Of a stretch of DNA of 64,000 bases, positions 41,872 through 56,570 are shown piece after piece. Source of the DNA: Octopus vulgaris (taxonomy: Eukaryota); the NCBI GenBank assembly GCA_951406725.2, contig OX597827.1, positions 59,706,001-59,770,000 on the forward strand, given 5' to 3'. Numbering within the stretch: the first letter of the stretch is position 1; each line of letters begins with the position of its first letter. The notes below the pieces were generated by a model. It ran no database searches. It worked only from the letters and a program-made list of their open reading frames with translations, and was not told where the DNA came from. A program made the translations under genes and the position numbers.

Positions 41872-43544
41872 CACACATATATACACGCACACATACACAT
41901 ACACACAGAGACACATGCGTTTTTAATTATATTTTTATTCATCAAATTCAGTTTTTCTTTAAAAAGTTGACCTGATATTGAAACGGGTAGCAACAGTATC
42001 TTATAATATAGAGAAATCCCATTTCGTTAAAACACCGAAATGAAGCCGTTCCTTGCTGTCACCAAGATCTTTTTTGCTTTATTTCGTAAGCAGAGAACGT
42101 TAAGTTAATCTTGTAATAAAGACACGACGCTCCTAAAAGCGGTTGATAAGTTCAGTGTTAGAAATGAAGAATATAACGTTTCTAGGCCCTGAATTGCCTA
42201 GCTATAACAGCGCCACTTTGTACCGTTGTTACACTAGTTGTTTAACCATATGCTATTTCTTATCTAAAAGATATCTCATTAAAGGCGTTGCAGCGTTGAC
42301 TATCCCTGTTCTTTTCTTTTTGTGAAATGCGGTATCTTAAGGCCACGTTAGGACCACGTTGGGGTCATTTTAGGGCCCATTCTTGCCCCATACGTTCGTC
42401 TAGTGCAGGACGTTATCTTTCAGGTTAGTATACAGTTGCAGCGAGGATCTTATGGGATTAAGCATAGAAGTTAAGACGGCATGCTGAAAATAATTGATGC
42501 TGTTGTTTCATGAAAGTGCGCAGCTTAGTGGTTAGGTTGTTGAATTCACGATCATAAAGTAGCAGGTTCAATTCTTGGCTCGAATTCTCGAGGAAGGCAT
42601 ATGATTTCGCGTGATCCGATTCTACTCAGCGGAAATGAGCACCAGCTCAGTGTTTGTACAAACTCCCTCCATCACCAACTATCACATTCTGGTCGTTCCG
42701 CTGGATCACCAGTGAGAGGGCAGAGAAAGAGTTTATGTCTACTCGCGACTACACAGAGACTATAAAACAATTAGCAAAGCGTGGTACAAGCCACTATGTT
42801 ATACATGCAAACAACCGACAGTTATAGTTCGTGGGTGTTCTGTACAACAACAGACTACACTGATAGAACAAATCTAAAGAACGTAAATCATTTGTCAGCT
42901 ATTGCAATCGATGTTTATTTGGTATCAGATACCTCTTCGCTAACGTTTAGGTGCAGTATATTTGGCGTCGTTGATTCGACGCTGACTTATTTGACATCAG
43001 TCGTTTTAATGCTCCTCTCGTGTTAATGTTTCTCTCATTCTCCCTCCTTAACCCCCTCTTTCTCTGCCTCTCTCTCTCTCTCTCTCTCTCTCCCTGTCGT
43101 CTTATGTGTGTGAGCATATTTCTCTTTAAGTTATACATAGAAGTTACACATAGAAACATAACTAGATGTTCACTTATAGAAGTAGCGAAAGAGATTATAA
43201 TCCCACAGAATAAGTACCACACTTAAAAAATAAGAATCGGGGTTGAGACCAATCACTGAAACAAGCAAAGATTGTTATATAATTGATATTAGATATTATA
43301 GATATTAATTTATATCAGTCTGGAGACACACGTCCACGGACAGGACTTGAACTATGTACGTTATTGCTCACTAATGACTACGTTACTGGCTACGTAATAA
43401 ATAGGCTTTCCTTGTTTTTTTCATGGCTTAGTGGCGACGTAGAGCTTGGGACGTTATGACATCCAGAGGCGCTCCAAGACTATTGAGATCGATAAGGTCA
43501 ATTTGAACATGTGAAAAGTTACACCTCAAGAAGATAACTTTTAC

Positions 43545-43963
43545 CTGTTACTTCTTTCAGTCATTGGAGTGTGGCCATGCTGGATCACTGTTTTGAAAGG
43601 TCAGTCGAGCAAATTGACCCCCAGGACTTACTTTTAAAGTCTGACAATCATTCTATCGCTCTCTTTTGCTAATTTGCCGGGTTGCGGAGACGCTATACAA
43701 ATCAACATCGGTTGTCAAGCGGTGATGTGGGACAAAAAGACAACACACTTATACACATACATACATACATACATACATACATACATACATACATACATAC
43801 ACACTTTACGTAGTAGATGTAAGCGTGGCTGTGAGGTAAGAAGTCTTCTTCCCAACTACATGGTCCTGGGTTCAGTCCCACTGTGTAGTACCTTGGCCAA
43901 GTGTGAGTTGATTTGGTAGAGGGAAACTGAAAGAAGTCAGTCGTATTAGTGTGTGTAAGTGTG

Positions 43964-43996
<33 letters not shown>

Positions 43997-44335
43997 TTGT
44001 GTCTGTGTTTGTCTCCCACTATTACTTGACGGCCGGTGTTGGTGTGTTTGCGTCCCCGTGGTTTGGGGGTTCATCGAGGGAGACCGATGGATTAAATACG
44101 AGGCTTAGGAGAAAAAAATGAAAATAAAGTTAAGTACCGGGGTCGATTCAACAAAACATTCTATTTATGCAGAAAAAGCTTCCACAAAATTTTCGTCTAC
44201 CAAATTCACTCACGAGGCCTCGGTCTGCCCGAAGCTTTAGCAGAAGTAGACAATTACCCGAGGTACTCTGTACGGTGGGACTGAACCAGAAACCACGTGG
44301 TTTCTAAGCGAGCCTCTTCAGTGCAGAACCAAGCA
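43545..44335. mobile_element. Cluster of three old SINE B pieces (-,+,-)
   Basis: About 43545-43740 (-), 43820-44150 (+), 44185-44335 (-). Confidence 0.8.
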
Positions 44336-44810
44336 TGCGCAACATAAATACGGCAATTTGTGTCCTTTCTCATTAGGCTTTTGTTTTGTTCTAAAGACCT
44401 GACAAAGAAGTTGGAACTTTTGTAGGTCATCATCTCTAAAGCAAGAAGTCGCTCTCAGTGGAGCAAGACCGCGAAACAGCTAAAAGCCGTTAAAATTCCT
44501 TGCATGAATGAATCTATACTGCGTTGATGACTTTCTATTTAATCCTTCGTAGACATATCTGTGTATGGGCAAGAAGCTCCCTTTGCAACCACAAGATCTC
44601 GCGTTCAGCCCTATTGTGCAGCACTTTGGGCCGCACTACAGGACTCACAAGGAGACACTTGTCCAAGGCACTACTCAATGGAACTGAACCCAGGACTATG
44701 TGGTTGGGAAACAAGCTTCTTACCAACGTCTGCATCTACTATGCAACATGTGTATGTGTGCATGTATGTATGTATGTTCTCTATTATGTTATGTCTACTA
44801 AATTCACATA

Positions 44811-44841
<31 letters not shown>

Positions 44842-45553
44842 CCTATATATACATACATATATATATATATATACATATATATAACTATATATATATATAA
44901 ATAACTATATATATATATATACATATACATAAATATATATATATATATAACTGCATGTACGTCTGTATACGACATGGTTCCTTAGAATTTCTACCTACAG
45001 AATTGACACACAAAACCATGGTCAGTCAGTAGTTGCAGCAGACACTTATCACAAATTACTGCGCAGAGGGATAGAACCGAAATCCATGTAGGTAGTGGCT
45101 AGGGGAACTTCTTAACCACTCAACTACGGGGATTATTTCAATAAGAAAAAAAAAAGTAAAATGGCGTCAGTGTCTAGTACTACACAAGTATACATCACAA
45201 TATTAGCTTTCTTTTCTTTTCATTTTTTCCCCCTTTTTTACATTCCGCTACGACACGGAACCCTCATTTTTTTTTCACCCTTTTATTCTTTCGTCTGCAT
45301 TGTGAAATAGTCTCAAAAATGAAGTAAATAAATAAATAAATAAGGCAGCATATTTCGGTGTACATCAAATGATTTAGTGAATAGAGTGTTAGACCATTGA
45401 CAACAAACTGCCTTTATCGCGAGTTCATATCTACGGCACGTGTTATGTATATTTATGTAATTTATCTTTTGTTGTGTTATTCTTTTTCTTTCTTTGGGTC
45501 TCTCTCTCTCTCTCTCTTTCTCTCCTTTTTTCTTTCTTTCGTTTGTTCTTCCT

Positions 45554-45587
<34 letters not shown>

Positions 45588-45755
45588 TTCTTTGAACAAG
45601 ATACGTTTTAGCAGATTGTGTAGGAGAAAAATGATTTGACAAGAAACACCACATAAATATATGAAAAGGATTATATATATATTTATACACATATCCACAT
45701 ATTTATATGCACATGTGTCTGTGCACATGCATATATATAGATCTACATAACAATG

Positions 45756-45802
<47 letters not shown>

Positions 45803-45937
45803 ATTTATATATATATGTATATATATATATACACACACACATGTACATAATATATATATATCTATCTATTATACATATATATATATATACATACATACAT
45901 ATATATATGTGTATGCATATATATATACGTATGTACA

Positions 45938-45994
<57 letters not shown>

Positions 45995-46144
45995 ATGTGT
46001 GTGTGTATGCATATATATATATATATACGTATGTACATGCATATACATATATATATATTGTTATATAGATGCATATTTGTATATATATATATACATACAT
46101 ATATATATTATGTACATGTGTGTGTATGTGTGTGTGTGTGTGTA

Positions 46145-46305
46145 GAAAATACAAAATGGGACAAGAACGCAAAACATCCGGACAACTAGGTGATACAAAA
46201 AGGGACAACAAATCACCCAGACAGACGATACAAAGAAAACAAGGACGGGTCATTCGAAGTTTTCTATCTTCAGTCATGAACCAGATTATCCTCGCAATTG
46301 TGGCT
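46145..46305 (-). mobile_element. (TA)n-embedded short repeat, probable Penelope-like pLTR piece; relatives at 39840-39972 and 60740-60897
   Basis: Shared aaatgggacaagaacg..acatcc(a/g)gaca..g(g/a)tcattcg..ccagat blocks. Confidence 0.6.
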
Positions 46306-46378
46306 CCCCCCCCCACCCACATATACATATATACATATACATACATACATACATATATATATATATACACACACATAT

Positions 46379-46471
<93 letters not shown>

Positions 46472-46486
46472 ACATACATATATATA

Positions 46487-46605
46487 TTGGCCTGCTCGCT
46501 TAGCCAGCGGGGTGGCGTCATTCGAAGGCTAAAACAATGCGAACGCGTTGTGACCAGCGATGTGTAACAACATCTGATGGTCTGGTCGGTCACGTGATCA
46601 CGTGA
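46487..46605 (+). mobile_element. Solo retroposon tail in (TA)n
   Basis: Inverse homologue of 39152-39272. Confidence 0.82.
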
Positions 46606-46660
46606 TATATATATATAGAGAGAGAGAGAGACAGACATACAGACAGACAGACAGGTAGAT

Positions 46661-46735
<75 letters not shown>

Positions 46736-47169
46736 GAGATTGATTGATTGATTGATTATAAATATACATGGCTACTGTGGTTCCAGCTTATTGACTCAGC
46801 TCTTTACTGCTGTATGTATATATTTTTATACAAACGTGTCTGTGCGCGCGCGAGTTTTTGTGTGTGCGTCTTTGTGTATGAATATACCTGAGCCAGTGCA
46901 TATAAGACTAATAAGCATCAAGGCATGCATGGTTAGAGAAGCAATGATTGTCATGCCCTTCCCGCGAGTGTTTGCAATGCTAGTAAAACTATCGCAACAG
47001 TGAATCGAAATCACTGTGACGATGATTCGGATCTTAAGCAGAATCTCTCTTAATTACGCACCATGGGTTCTCCATTCAAGCGCCTATCAATGTTTCGTGT
47101 GTGTATATGTACGTATGCATACAAATTACACACATACAAACACAATCATACACACATATATCTAAAACA

Positions 47170-47212
<43 letters not shown>

Positions 47213-48306
47213 ATTATATACCTACATACATACACACACAAACACACACACACACACAAATACAAATATACATACGCACATACATACATACATACATACA
47301 TACATACATACATACATACATACATACATGCAAACATACATACATACGTAGCTATGCACACATAAGCGCACAAACATACACACACAAACACTGATGTTCA
47401 GAAGATTTTTTGCTTTCACGCATCTCCTTGTCTCCTGGTGTGTGAATGATTTTGCGTGTGTACATGAGCATACATTTTTACATACACATACACACATACA
47501 TATATATATATAAATACACATAAACACACAGGAGTTTTTTCTTTCTTTTAAATAAGTAAAAAATGTTGAAAATTTACATTTTTTTACCTGTTGCTCTAAT
47601 TATAAATAATCCTCTTACGTTAACTTTCTGATATTACATGTAAAATATGCAACACCACTTCACCAAGTACCCCTACAAAAAACCGGTTATATTTATTTAC
47701 TTATTAGATTTGTGGAATCTGACCTGGAGGAGTCAAGCCTTGAAGAAAACCGAATTTTATTCTCTCTTGTTACACATTAAACAGTGTTTCACAATGAAAC
47801 CTATCATGGAAGAATGGTGATGATAGTTCTGTAGCTGGTTGAAGTAGAGACGTCGGGTTAAACCACATTCGTTTAGCCCTAGGTCAATCCATATCTAAAC
47901 ATACCACATAATGAAAGGCATCTAGTCAAGGCCATCCGATACTTTTTAAAGGAGTGGTTATTTAACTCAAGGCTGCGAGATACCGTTTCAGAGAGTCCGA
48001 TGAAGAGAGAAAGAATATTAGTAGTGAATCTTGCATGTTCTTTAACTAAATAGGCTTTACAGATTAGAATCGTTAATTAATTCTTTAGCTTTTATCTTTT
48101 ACTTGTTTTAGTCATTAGACTTCGGCCACGCGCTGGGATACCACCAAATCGACGCCAGTGCTTACCCCTCTTTTACCTTCTATATTTGAACCTGGTACTT
48201 ATTCTAACGGTCTTTTTCGTCGATCCAGTAGGTTTCGGGGATGTAAACAAGTGGTGAAGTGACGGACACAAATTCAAAGCTACTTTCACATACATATACG
48301 CACATA

Positions 48307-48692
48307 GGCGTAGAAGCGGCTGTGTGGTAAGTAGCTTGCTTACGAACCACATGGTTCCGGGTTCAGTCCCACTGCGTGGCACCTTCGGCAAGTGTCTTCT
48401 ACTATAGCCTCGGGCCGACCAAAGCCTTGTGAGTGGATTTGGTAGACGGAAACTGAAAGAAGCCTGTCGTATATATGTATATATATGTTTATATGTATGT
48501 GTGTGTATATGTTTGTGTGTCTGTGTTTGTCCCCCTAGCATTGCTTGACAAGCGATGCTGGTGTGTTTACGTCCCCGTCACTTAGCGGTTCGGCAAAAGA
48601 GACCGATAGAATAAGTACTGGGCTTACAAAAGAATAAGTCCTGGAGTCGAGTTGCTCGACTAAAGGCGGTGTTCCAGCATGACCGCAGTCAA
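48307..48692 (+). mobile_element. SINE family B
   Basis: Near-consensus copy. Confidence 0.93.
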
Positions 48693-48877
48693 TATGTGAG
48701 GAAATTTGCTGCGAATTGTCCGTGTATCTTGTTTCTGTCCTGTTTGCTGTTTGCCATGTTAATGTCCATGGTATCGCTTATGTTATGTTTTTGTCTATTT
48801 TTCTACATGTTGTGTTTTTTTTTAATTCTGCTTGTTATGTTCTTTTTGTCCTACCTTTGATTTATATATATATATAA

Positions 48878-49116
48878 AGCGGTGATGGATGACAGACACA
48901 GACACACAAAGACACACAGCCATAAAGATAAATACGTACACACACACACAAACATATACGATGGGTCTCTTTTAGTTTCCGTCTACCAAATCCACTCGCT
49001 AGACTTTGGTGGTCGGCATCGGGCTATAGTAGAAGACACTTGCTCAAGGTGCCATGCAGTGGGACTGAACACGGAACCATATGGTTGGGAAGCAAGCTTC
49101 TTACCACACAGCCACG
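48878..49116 (-). mobile_element. SINE B, 5' half, inverted relative to 48307-48692
   Basis: Homology. Confidence 0.88.
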
Positions 49117-49248
49117 ATCGTTCGATATCTCAGGTGAAATACGGCCGAGATTAATTTTTCTCTTCAAGGAGATTAAATAAAGTACCAGTTGAACACTGGT
49201 GTCATCAATTTAGTCCTTCTTCTAAATTTCCGTCCTTGTGCCAAAATT

Positions 49249-49538
49249 GTTTGTTCCTTCTTGAGCCATGCCTGGCTCATAAGGTTTCCTTGGCGTATAG
49301 GTTCCCCACCTGGACAGAACACCGGTCCGTCACAGGTGAGCTGCAAGATGCAGGAGGAAAGAGTGAGAGAAAGCTGTGGCGAAAGAGTCAGCAGAAGTTT
49401 GCCATTACCTTCTGTCGGAGCCGCATGGAGCTTAGGTGTTTTCGCTCATAAACACACACATCCCCACTTCTGAGATTCGAACATGCGATCCCTCGACCGC
49501 GAGTCCACTGCTCTAACCACTAGGCCATGTGCCTCCAC
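49249..49538 (-). mobile_element. SINE D variant inserted into the tail of an old SINE A
   Basis: 12-bp TSD TGTGCCAAAATT at 49237-48 and 49539-50. Confidence 0.9.
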
Positions 49539-49689
49539 TGTGCCAAAATTAGGAATAATTATCTATTAGAGATATACGATGCATAAAAAAACACAAAAAA
49601 AGCCATGATGGTCATGAATGGAAGTCTTTTGATCATAAATCTGATCATTCAAGGGCCGACGTGAAACTAAATGACCGCAACAAGTCATG

Positions 49690-49839
49690 ACTGTTGGCTT
49701 AAGAAAGTCGCTTTGCAACTATGTGGTTCTGGAGTTCAATCTCACCACGGGGCACATTGAGTATTTACCTCCTATGGTTGCTCCGAGATGACCAGTACCT
49801 TTGGGGTTAATTTCTTAGACGAAACTGTGTGGAAACCTG

Positions 49840-49879
<40 letters not shown>

Positions 49880-50999
49880 ATATATATGTACATGTGTATG
49901 TGTGTGTGTTGGGTTTTGTGTTTATACCCCTCTCTACCACCGCTTGACAACCGCTGTTCGTTTATTGACGTCTCCATAACTTATCGGTTCGGCAAAAAGA
50001 AACCGTTAGAGTAAGTATCAGTAAAAAATTAATACAGAAGTTCGATTTGTTTGTTTAAAACCCTTCAAGGCGATGATGCCCCAGCATGACCGCAGCCCAA
50101 TGACTAAAGAAAGCAAGAGGAAAAACCCATCATCTCTCTCTGCCACCCACAACCTAACTGTCTCGTTTTCTGTTTCTTTCTTTTAATCATTATTTACATG
50201 AGTTGCTGTGTGGTAAGTAGCTTGTTTACCAACTACATGGTTCCGGGTTCAGTCCCACTGAGTGGCACCATGGGCAAGTGTCTTTTACTATAGCCTCCGG
50301 CCAACCAAAGCCTTGTGAGTGGATTTGGTAGACGGAAAATGAAAGAAGCCTACCGTATATATATATATATATATATATGTTTGTGTGTCTGTGTTTGCCT
50401 TCACACCCAACATCCCCTGGCAACCTATGCTGTTGTGTTTACGTCCCCATAACTTAGCGGTTATGACACCCACAGAATAAGTACTAGGTTTACAAAGGAT
50501 AAGTCCTGGCGGTCGATTTGTTCGACTAAAAACCATTGCTCCAGCATGGCCGCAGTCAGATGACTGACACCAGTATAGGAATGAAAGACTAAAAGAATCT
50601 CGCATAAATGATTCCAACAGCCTAGTCTACCCGCCCAGTTTTACATCCTCTGGGTGTATTTTGCGGTATTTTGTCTACTTTTGGTAGGTGGGTTCTTACT
50701 TGCACGAGCAACGAAGTCTCCAGAGCTTTCAAACTTTCATTGCAAATTACGTGCTTCTTGTCCTTTGTTTTTCATTATAGATCTTTAATAATCGCAACAA
50801 GTGATACATGTATAATGTATGGTATATGTATGTGTGGGTGCGTATAATAATACTTTATGTATTTTATATATGCTTATATATATGTGTATGTGTGTGTGTG
50901 TGTATTTATATATATATGTGTGTGTGTGTGGTACTATTAAGTTAGACATGGCCTAACAAGATTTTAGTAACCCTATGTCTAAGCGATATCATTTCTTGT

Positions 51000-51062
<63 letters not shown>

Positions 51063-51285
51063 AGTGTGTGTGTTTGTGTGTTTCACCACACAATCGCTTG
51101 ACAACTGATGGTGGTGCGTTTACGTGCCCATAACTTAAGTCCCCATAAGCGGTTCGGTAAAAGAGACCGCTAGAATAAGTACTGGGCTTACAAAAAATAA
51201 GTCCTGGGGTCGATTTGATCGACTAAAGGCGGTGCTCCAGCATGGCTGCAGTCAGATGACTGAAAAAAGTAACAGAGTAAAGACT
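49690..51285 (+). mobile_element. Three SINE B copies or pieces
   Basis: About 49690-50120 (old), 50200-50575 and 51080-51285. Confidence 0.82.
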
Positions 51286-51290
51286 AAAGA

Positions 51291-51327
<37 letters not shown>

Positions 51328-51608
51328 TACCTATGAAATGGTTTCGCTTACACATAGGGTTACTAGTAGCATTTTATTATATATATATGTATGTATGTAT
51401 GTTCGTCTAAGTATCCATTAGTCAGAAACAAACACACAAACACACATGCATAAAAATCTATTAAAGACATGTATACATAAACCCATGCATATGTGCTGCG
51501 TGTGTATGTATGTATATTTGCGTATGTTTGTATGTATTTACGTATGTATATCTGATATATGCAAGCTTACATACATATAACTGCACATGCACATATGTAT
51601 CTATTCTA

Positions 51609-51667
<59 letters not shown>

Positions 51668-51753
51668 TATATTTATATATACAGATAGATAATAAATAAA
51701 TAGATATATACATACTTACATACATATATGTGTATATGCACGTATATCTATTC

Positions 51754-51803
<50 letters not shown>

Positions 51804-52328
51804 CTAGATAGATAGAAAGATAAATATATAGATAGAGAGATAGGATACAGATAAATACACATAAATATGTACATATATACACATATAGATATATCTGTTT
51901 GTATATATCCTTAGATGTGTATCTGTGTGTGTGTATATATACGTGTGTGTGTATGTATGTATGAATGTAAGTATGTATGTGTGTATGTATGTATATACAC
52001 AAATAGATATATCTTTTTGTATATATCTTTATATGTGTATCTGTGTGTGTGAGTGTGTGTATATATATGTATGTGTGTGTATGTATGTGTGTGTGTATGT
52101 ATGTAAGGATATATACGTGTCACTTTGGTGTAATGGATATTACGGTCAAACGATAGTCAACAGATAGTTAGTTCAATTTCTGACAGCGGCCCTGTCTACT
52201 TTTCGCCGTCATTTGCTTTCGAATGAACACTGAAATATCTTAACCGCTTTATATTGCATTACAACATGTATGTGTGTTTGTGCATGTGTTTGTTTGTCTA
52301 TATGTATATATATATATATGTGTGTGTG

Positions 52329-52386
<58 letters not shown>

Positions 52387-52391
52387 CACAC

Positions 52392-52429
<38 letters not shown>

Positions 52430-52575
52430 AGTTCCTTTGGTTTGTGTCTATGTTTTCGTTTCTCATTGTGTTCGACGTCCTTTTGGTGTCCTGTACTCAT
52501 ATATTCGTGTATATGTACATGTAGAGGTAGGTACGTACATATATGTTTATATATATGCATATGTTTTATTTTATT

Positions 52576-52620
<45 letters not shown>

Positions 52621-52939
52621 GAGAGAGAGAGAGAGAGAGAGAGTGAGTGAGTGAGTGAGAGAAAGATACTCACGCACTGTAGACACATACATTCACGCAC
52701 ACGACGCGCTCTTATTCACACACACTAACACACGAACTTATATATGCATTTTAACTTTGTAAAAATATTCTTTTCAGCCATGTCAGTCAACGAATAATCT
52801 CTCAGCACAACGAAGACGAAGCGAGGAAGTTAGGAATCGGCTATTTAATACATCCCATAAATTTCTTCTATTACAAGACACGGACATACATTGAGCACAC
52901 ACGCACACAACTATAATAGTATACACACACACGCACACA

Positions 52940-52975
<36 letters not shown>

Positions 52976-52976
<1 letters not shown>

Positions 52977-53102
52977 GCGCAGGAGTGGCTGTGTGGTAAG
53001 TAGTTTGCTTACATGGTTCCAGGTTCTGTCCCACTGCGTGGTACCTTGGGCAAGTGTCTCCTACTGAGTGGATTTGTTGATGGAAACTGAAAGAAGCCCG
53101 TC

Positions 53103-53175
<73 letters not shown>

Positions 53176-53400
53176 TATGTGTGTGTATGTGTTTGTGTGC
53201 CTGTGCTTGTTTCCCTCAACATCGCTTGACAACGGATGCTGGTGTGTTCACGTTCCCGTAACTTAGCGGTTCGGCAACAGAGACAGATAGGATAAGTACT
53301 AAGCTTACAAAGAATAAGTCCTGAGGTCGATTTGCTCAACTAAAGGCGGTGCTCTAGCATGGCCGTAGCCAAAATACTGAAATGAATAAATGAATAAAAG
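52976..53400 (+). mobile_element. SINE family B
   Basis: Head GGCGCAGGAGTGGCTGTGTGG; small internal deletions. Confidence 0.9.
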
Positions 53401-53439
53401 AACATATATATATATATATATTTACATATATATTATATA

Positions 53440-53651
53440 CGAGAGTGTGCAGAAAAATTCTTAGTTTAACGGTGTCCCGAATGGACTGGCTGGAGGGTCA
53501 ACCTTCCGAGTTCTTATTCAGGGCTTACAAAAACTGAAATGATTGCAGCGATAAGTGTGTGAATCTGAGAGGAGAATATGTTGAATAAAATGATTAGTAG
53601 ATCCTCCTGTATTTTCTTTTACCCAAAACCAGAAAATTTCAGCATCCCTCG
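53440..53651 (+). mobile_element. mariner-derived MITE
   Basis: TA|CGAGAGTGTGCAGAAAA ... TTTCAGCATCCCTCG|TA. Encodes the mariner C-terminal GLQKLK..DKCVNLRGEYVE*. Confidence 0.8.
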
Positions 53652-54086
53652 TATATGAGTGTTTGTGCGTGTGTGCATATGCACATGTATGTGTGTGTGT
53701 GTGTGTGTATGTGTGTGTGTGTGTGCGTGCGTGCGTGTGTGTATTGTACTTTTAACAAGAAGGTGACTGTGACTTCGAAGTTTCTACCTGTTAGCCTTCG
53801 ACGGACTTCGAAGTCCCAATCTTTTTGTAAAAAGTATAATAAATAGGTAAACGCGGTTTCTACAGGAAAAAAAAGTATTGAATAGTTCTCTAGTTTAATA
53901 TTAAATTATTTTCCCCAAACAATGTGCATGTGTGTGTATATATACACATATATATGCACATGTATGTATATATATATGCCATATCCAACCACAAAGATTT
54001 GGTCGGAAGTGGGACTGAACCCAGAACCATGTGGTGTGTTAGCAAGCTTCTTAACCACACAGCCACTAATACGCCTTTCACACGAC

Positions 54087-54201
<115 letters not shown>

Positions 54202-54230
54202 ATATATATATATACATATATATATATGGG

Positions 54231-54279
<49 letters not shown>

Positions 54280-54764
54280 GTGTGTGTGTGTGTGTATACG
54301 AGTGAGTGGACAAACGAAAGAAAGTGGTACTCAACACATTTGTTACGAGTAACATACAAAACATTATTTTATAACAATTTGATTCGGTTCAAAGCAACTT
54401 CAAGTTTCGCAGACTCGTCAAACGAACCCAGTTCACCAAGCTCTCTCTCTCTCTATCTCCCTCACACGCACACATGTATGTATGTATGTATGTATGTATG
54501 TATGTATGTATGTATGTATGTATGTATGTATGTATGTATGTATATGTATGTATGTATGTATGTATTCAGGTGTGGGAGACTTCTTTATATTCACTTGACA
54601 TAGTTACATACTTTTTCAAGCTGTCTTTCGTCCGTATGTGTATGTGTGTATTATACAAAAGTGAATTTTGATAGTTTCACAGTTAGACAGGAAGGCAGCC
54701 GTGAAAGAAAGTTGTGTGACATCGGAAGACAGACAGACAGATAAATAGATAGATAGATAGATAT

Positions 54765-54897
<133 letters not shown>

Positions 54898-54939
54898 CAG
54901 ACATGCAGAAGACAGACAGACAGACAGACGGACATACGG

Positions 54940-54993
<54 letters not shown>

Positions 54994-55341
54994 TGATTGA
55001 TAGTCAGATAAGGGTGATTTTAGCTGGTGCTTGATATTTTTTTAATTTTCTTCTATTTCCGCAATTAAAATATAAAAAGATATATAATCCATTTAGAATA
55101 AATATCAACATGTGGCTGTATCTTAATCTATATCTATATCTATTGTATCTATCCGTAGCTTTGTCTATATATGTGCGCGTATATGTATGTGTGTCTATGT
55201 GTATGCGTGTGTGCGTATGTATGAGTGTGTGTGTGTGTGTTTGTTCACATGCATAAGCACATTTACCTATGTATACGCATATGTATATATGTATGTGTGT
55301 GAGTGTGCGTGTACGTATGTATATGTATATATATATACACG

Positions 55342-55377
<36 letters not shown>

Positions 55378-55380
<3 letters not shown>

Positions 55381-55529
55381 GGTGTGTGATAAGTAGCTTG
55401 TTTACCAACCACATAATTCTGGGTTCAGACCCACTGCATGGCACCTTGGGCAATTGTCTTCTACTATAGCCTCGGGCTGACCAAAGCCTTGTGAGTGGAT
55501 TTTGTAGGGGGAAACCGAAAGAAACCCGT

Positions 55530-55605
<76 letters not shown>

Positions 55606-56570
55606 TTTATTTGGGTGAGCATGTTGGTGTGTCTACGTCTCCGAACTAAGCGGTTCGGTAAAAGAGATCGATAGAATAAGTTCTTGGGGCGATTTGTTCG
55701 ACTAAAGGTCGTGCTCCAGTATGGCTGCAGTCAAATGACTGAAAGAAAAGAGTAAAAGAGTAACACACACACACATATATGTATGTATGTATCTATGTAT
55801 GTATTATGTATACATGTAAAGGCGGCGAGCTGGCAGAATCGTTAGCACGCCGGGCGAAATGCTTAGTGTTATTGTCATCTGTCTTTATGTTCTGAGTTCA
55901 AATTCCGCCGAGGCCGACTTTGCCTTTCATCCTTTCGGGGTCGATAAATTAAGTACCAGTTCCGCACTGGGGTCGATCTAAGCGAGTGCTGCCCTTCCCC
56001 TAAGAATTTCAAGCCCTGTGCTTAGAGTAGAAAATGATTATGTATATATGTGTATGTATGCGTGTATGTGTATACACGGTTGTAGCTGCATTAAAGTCAT
56101 ACAAGCAGGCATAGCTATATGGTTAAGAAGCTCGATTAGTAACCATGTGTTTTCGGGTTCAGTCTCATGGCGCTGCCCCTTGGGTGCGTGTCTCCTAATA
56201 TATTTGAGGGCAGATCGATGCCTTGTTACCGGATTTGATAGACGGAGACTGTGCGCAAGCCTGCCATATGTATGTGTGTATGTATGCATGCATGTATGTT
56301 AGCATGTATATATGTGTGTTTGTATGCATGTATGTGTGTATCTTTTTATGTATGTGAGTGTCTATAGTTGAGTTTGCCCCCCCCCCCCCCATCTCCACCA
56401 TCGCTTGACGACTGTTGTTGGTTTGTTTACGTCCCCTGACATTTAGCGGTTTGGCAAAAGACACCCAGATTTGAAGCAGAAAATAAGTATTGAGGGTCGA
56501 TTTGTTCGACCGTAACTCTTTTTGGCTCTACTCTAGCGTGGCCGCATTCCAATGATTGAAACAAGTAAAA
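55378..56570 (+). mobile_element. SINE B (55378-55762), SINE A (55821-56039), old SINE B (56105-56570)
   Basis: Homology to the respective families. Confidence 0.86.

Noticed and set aside
44185-44335. Second hyper-edited SINE
   Set aside because: Changes are a mix of A>G and T>C and mostly create CpGs, which fits an older CpG-rich subfamily better.
53770-53820. Heat-shock element
   Set aside because: TTCGAA lacks the 2-nt spacer of TTCnnGAA.
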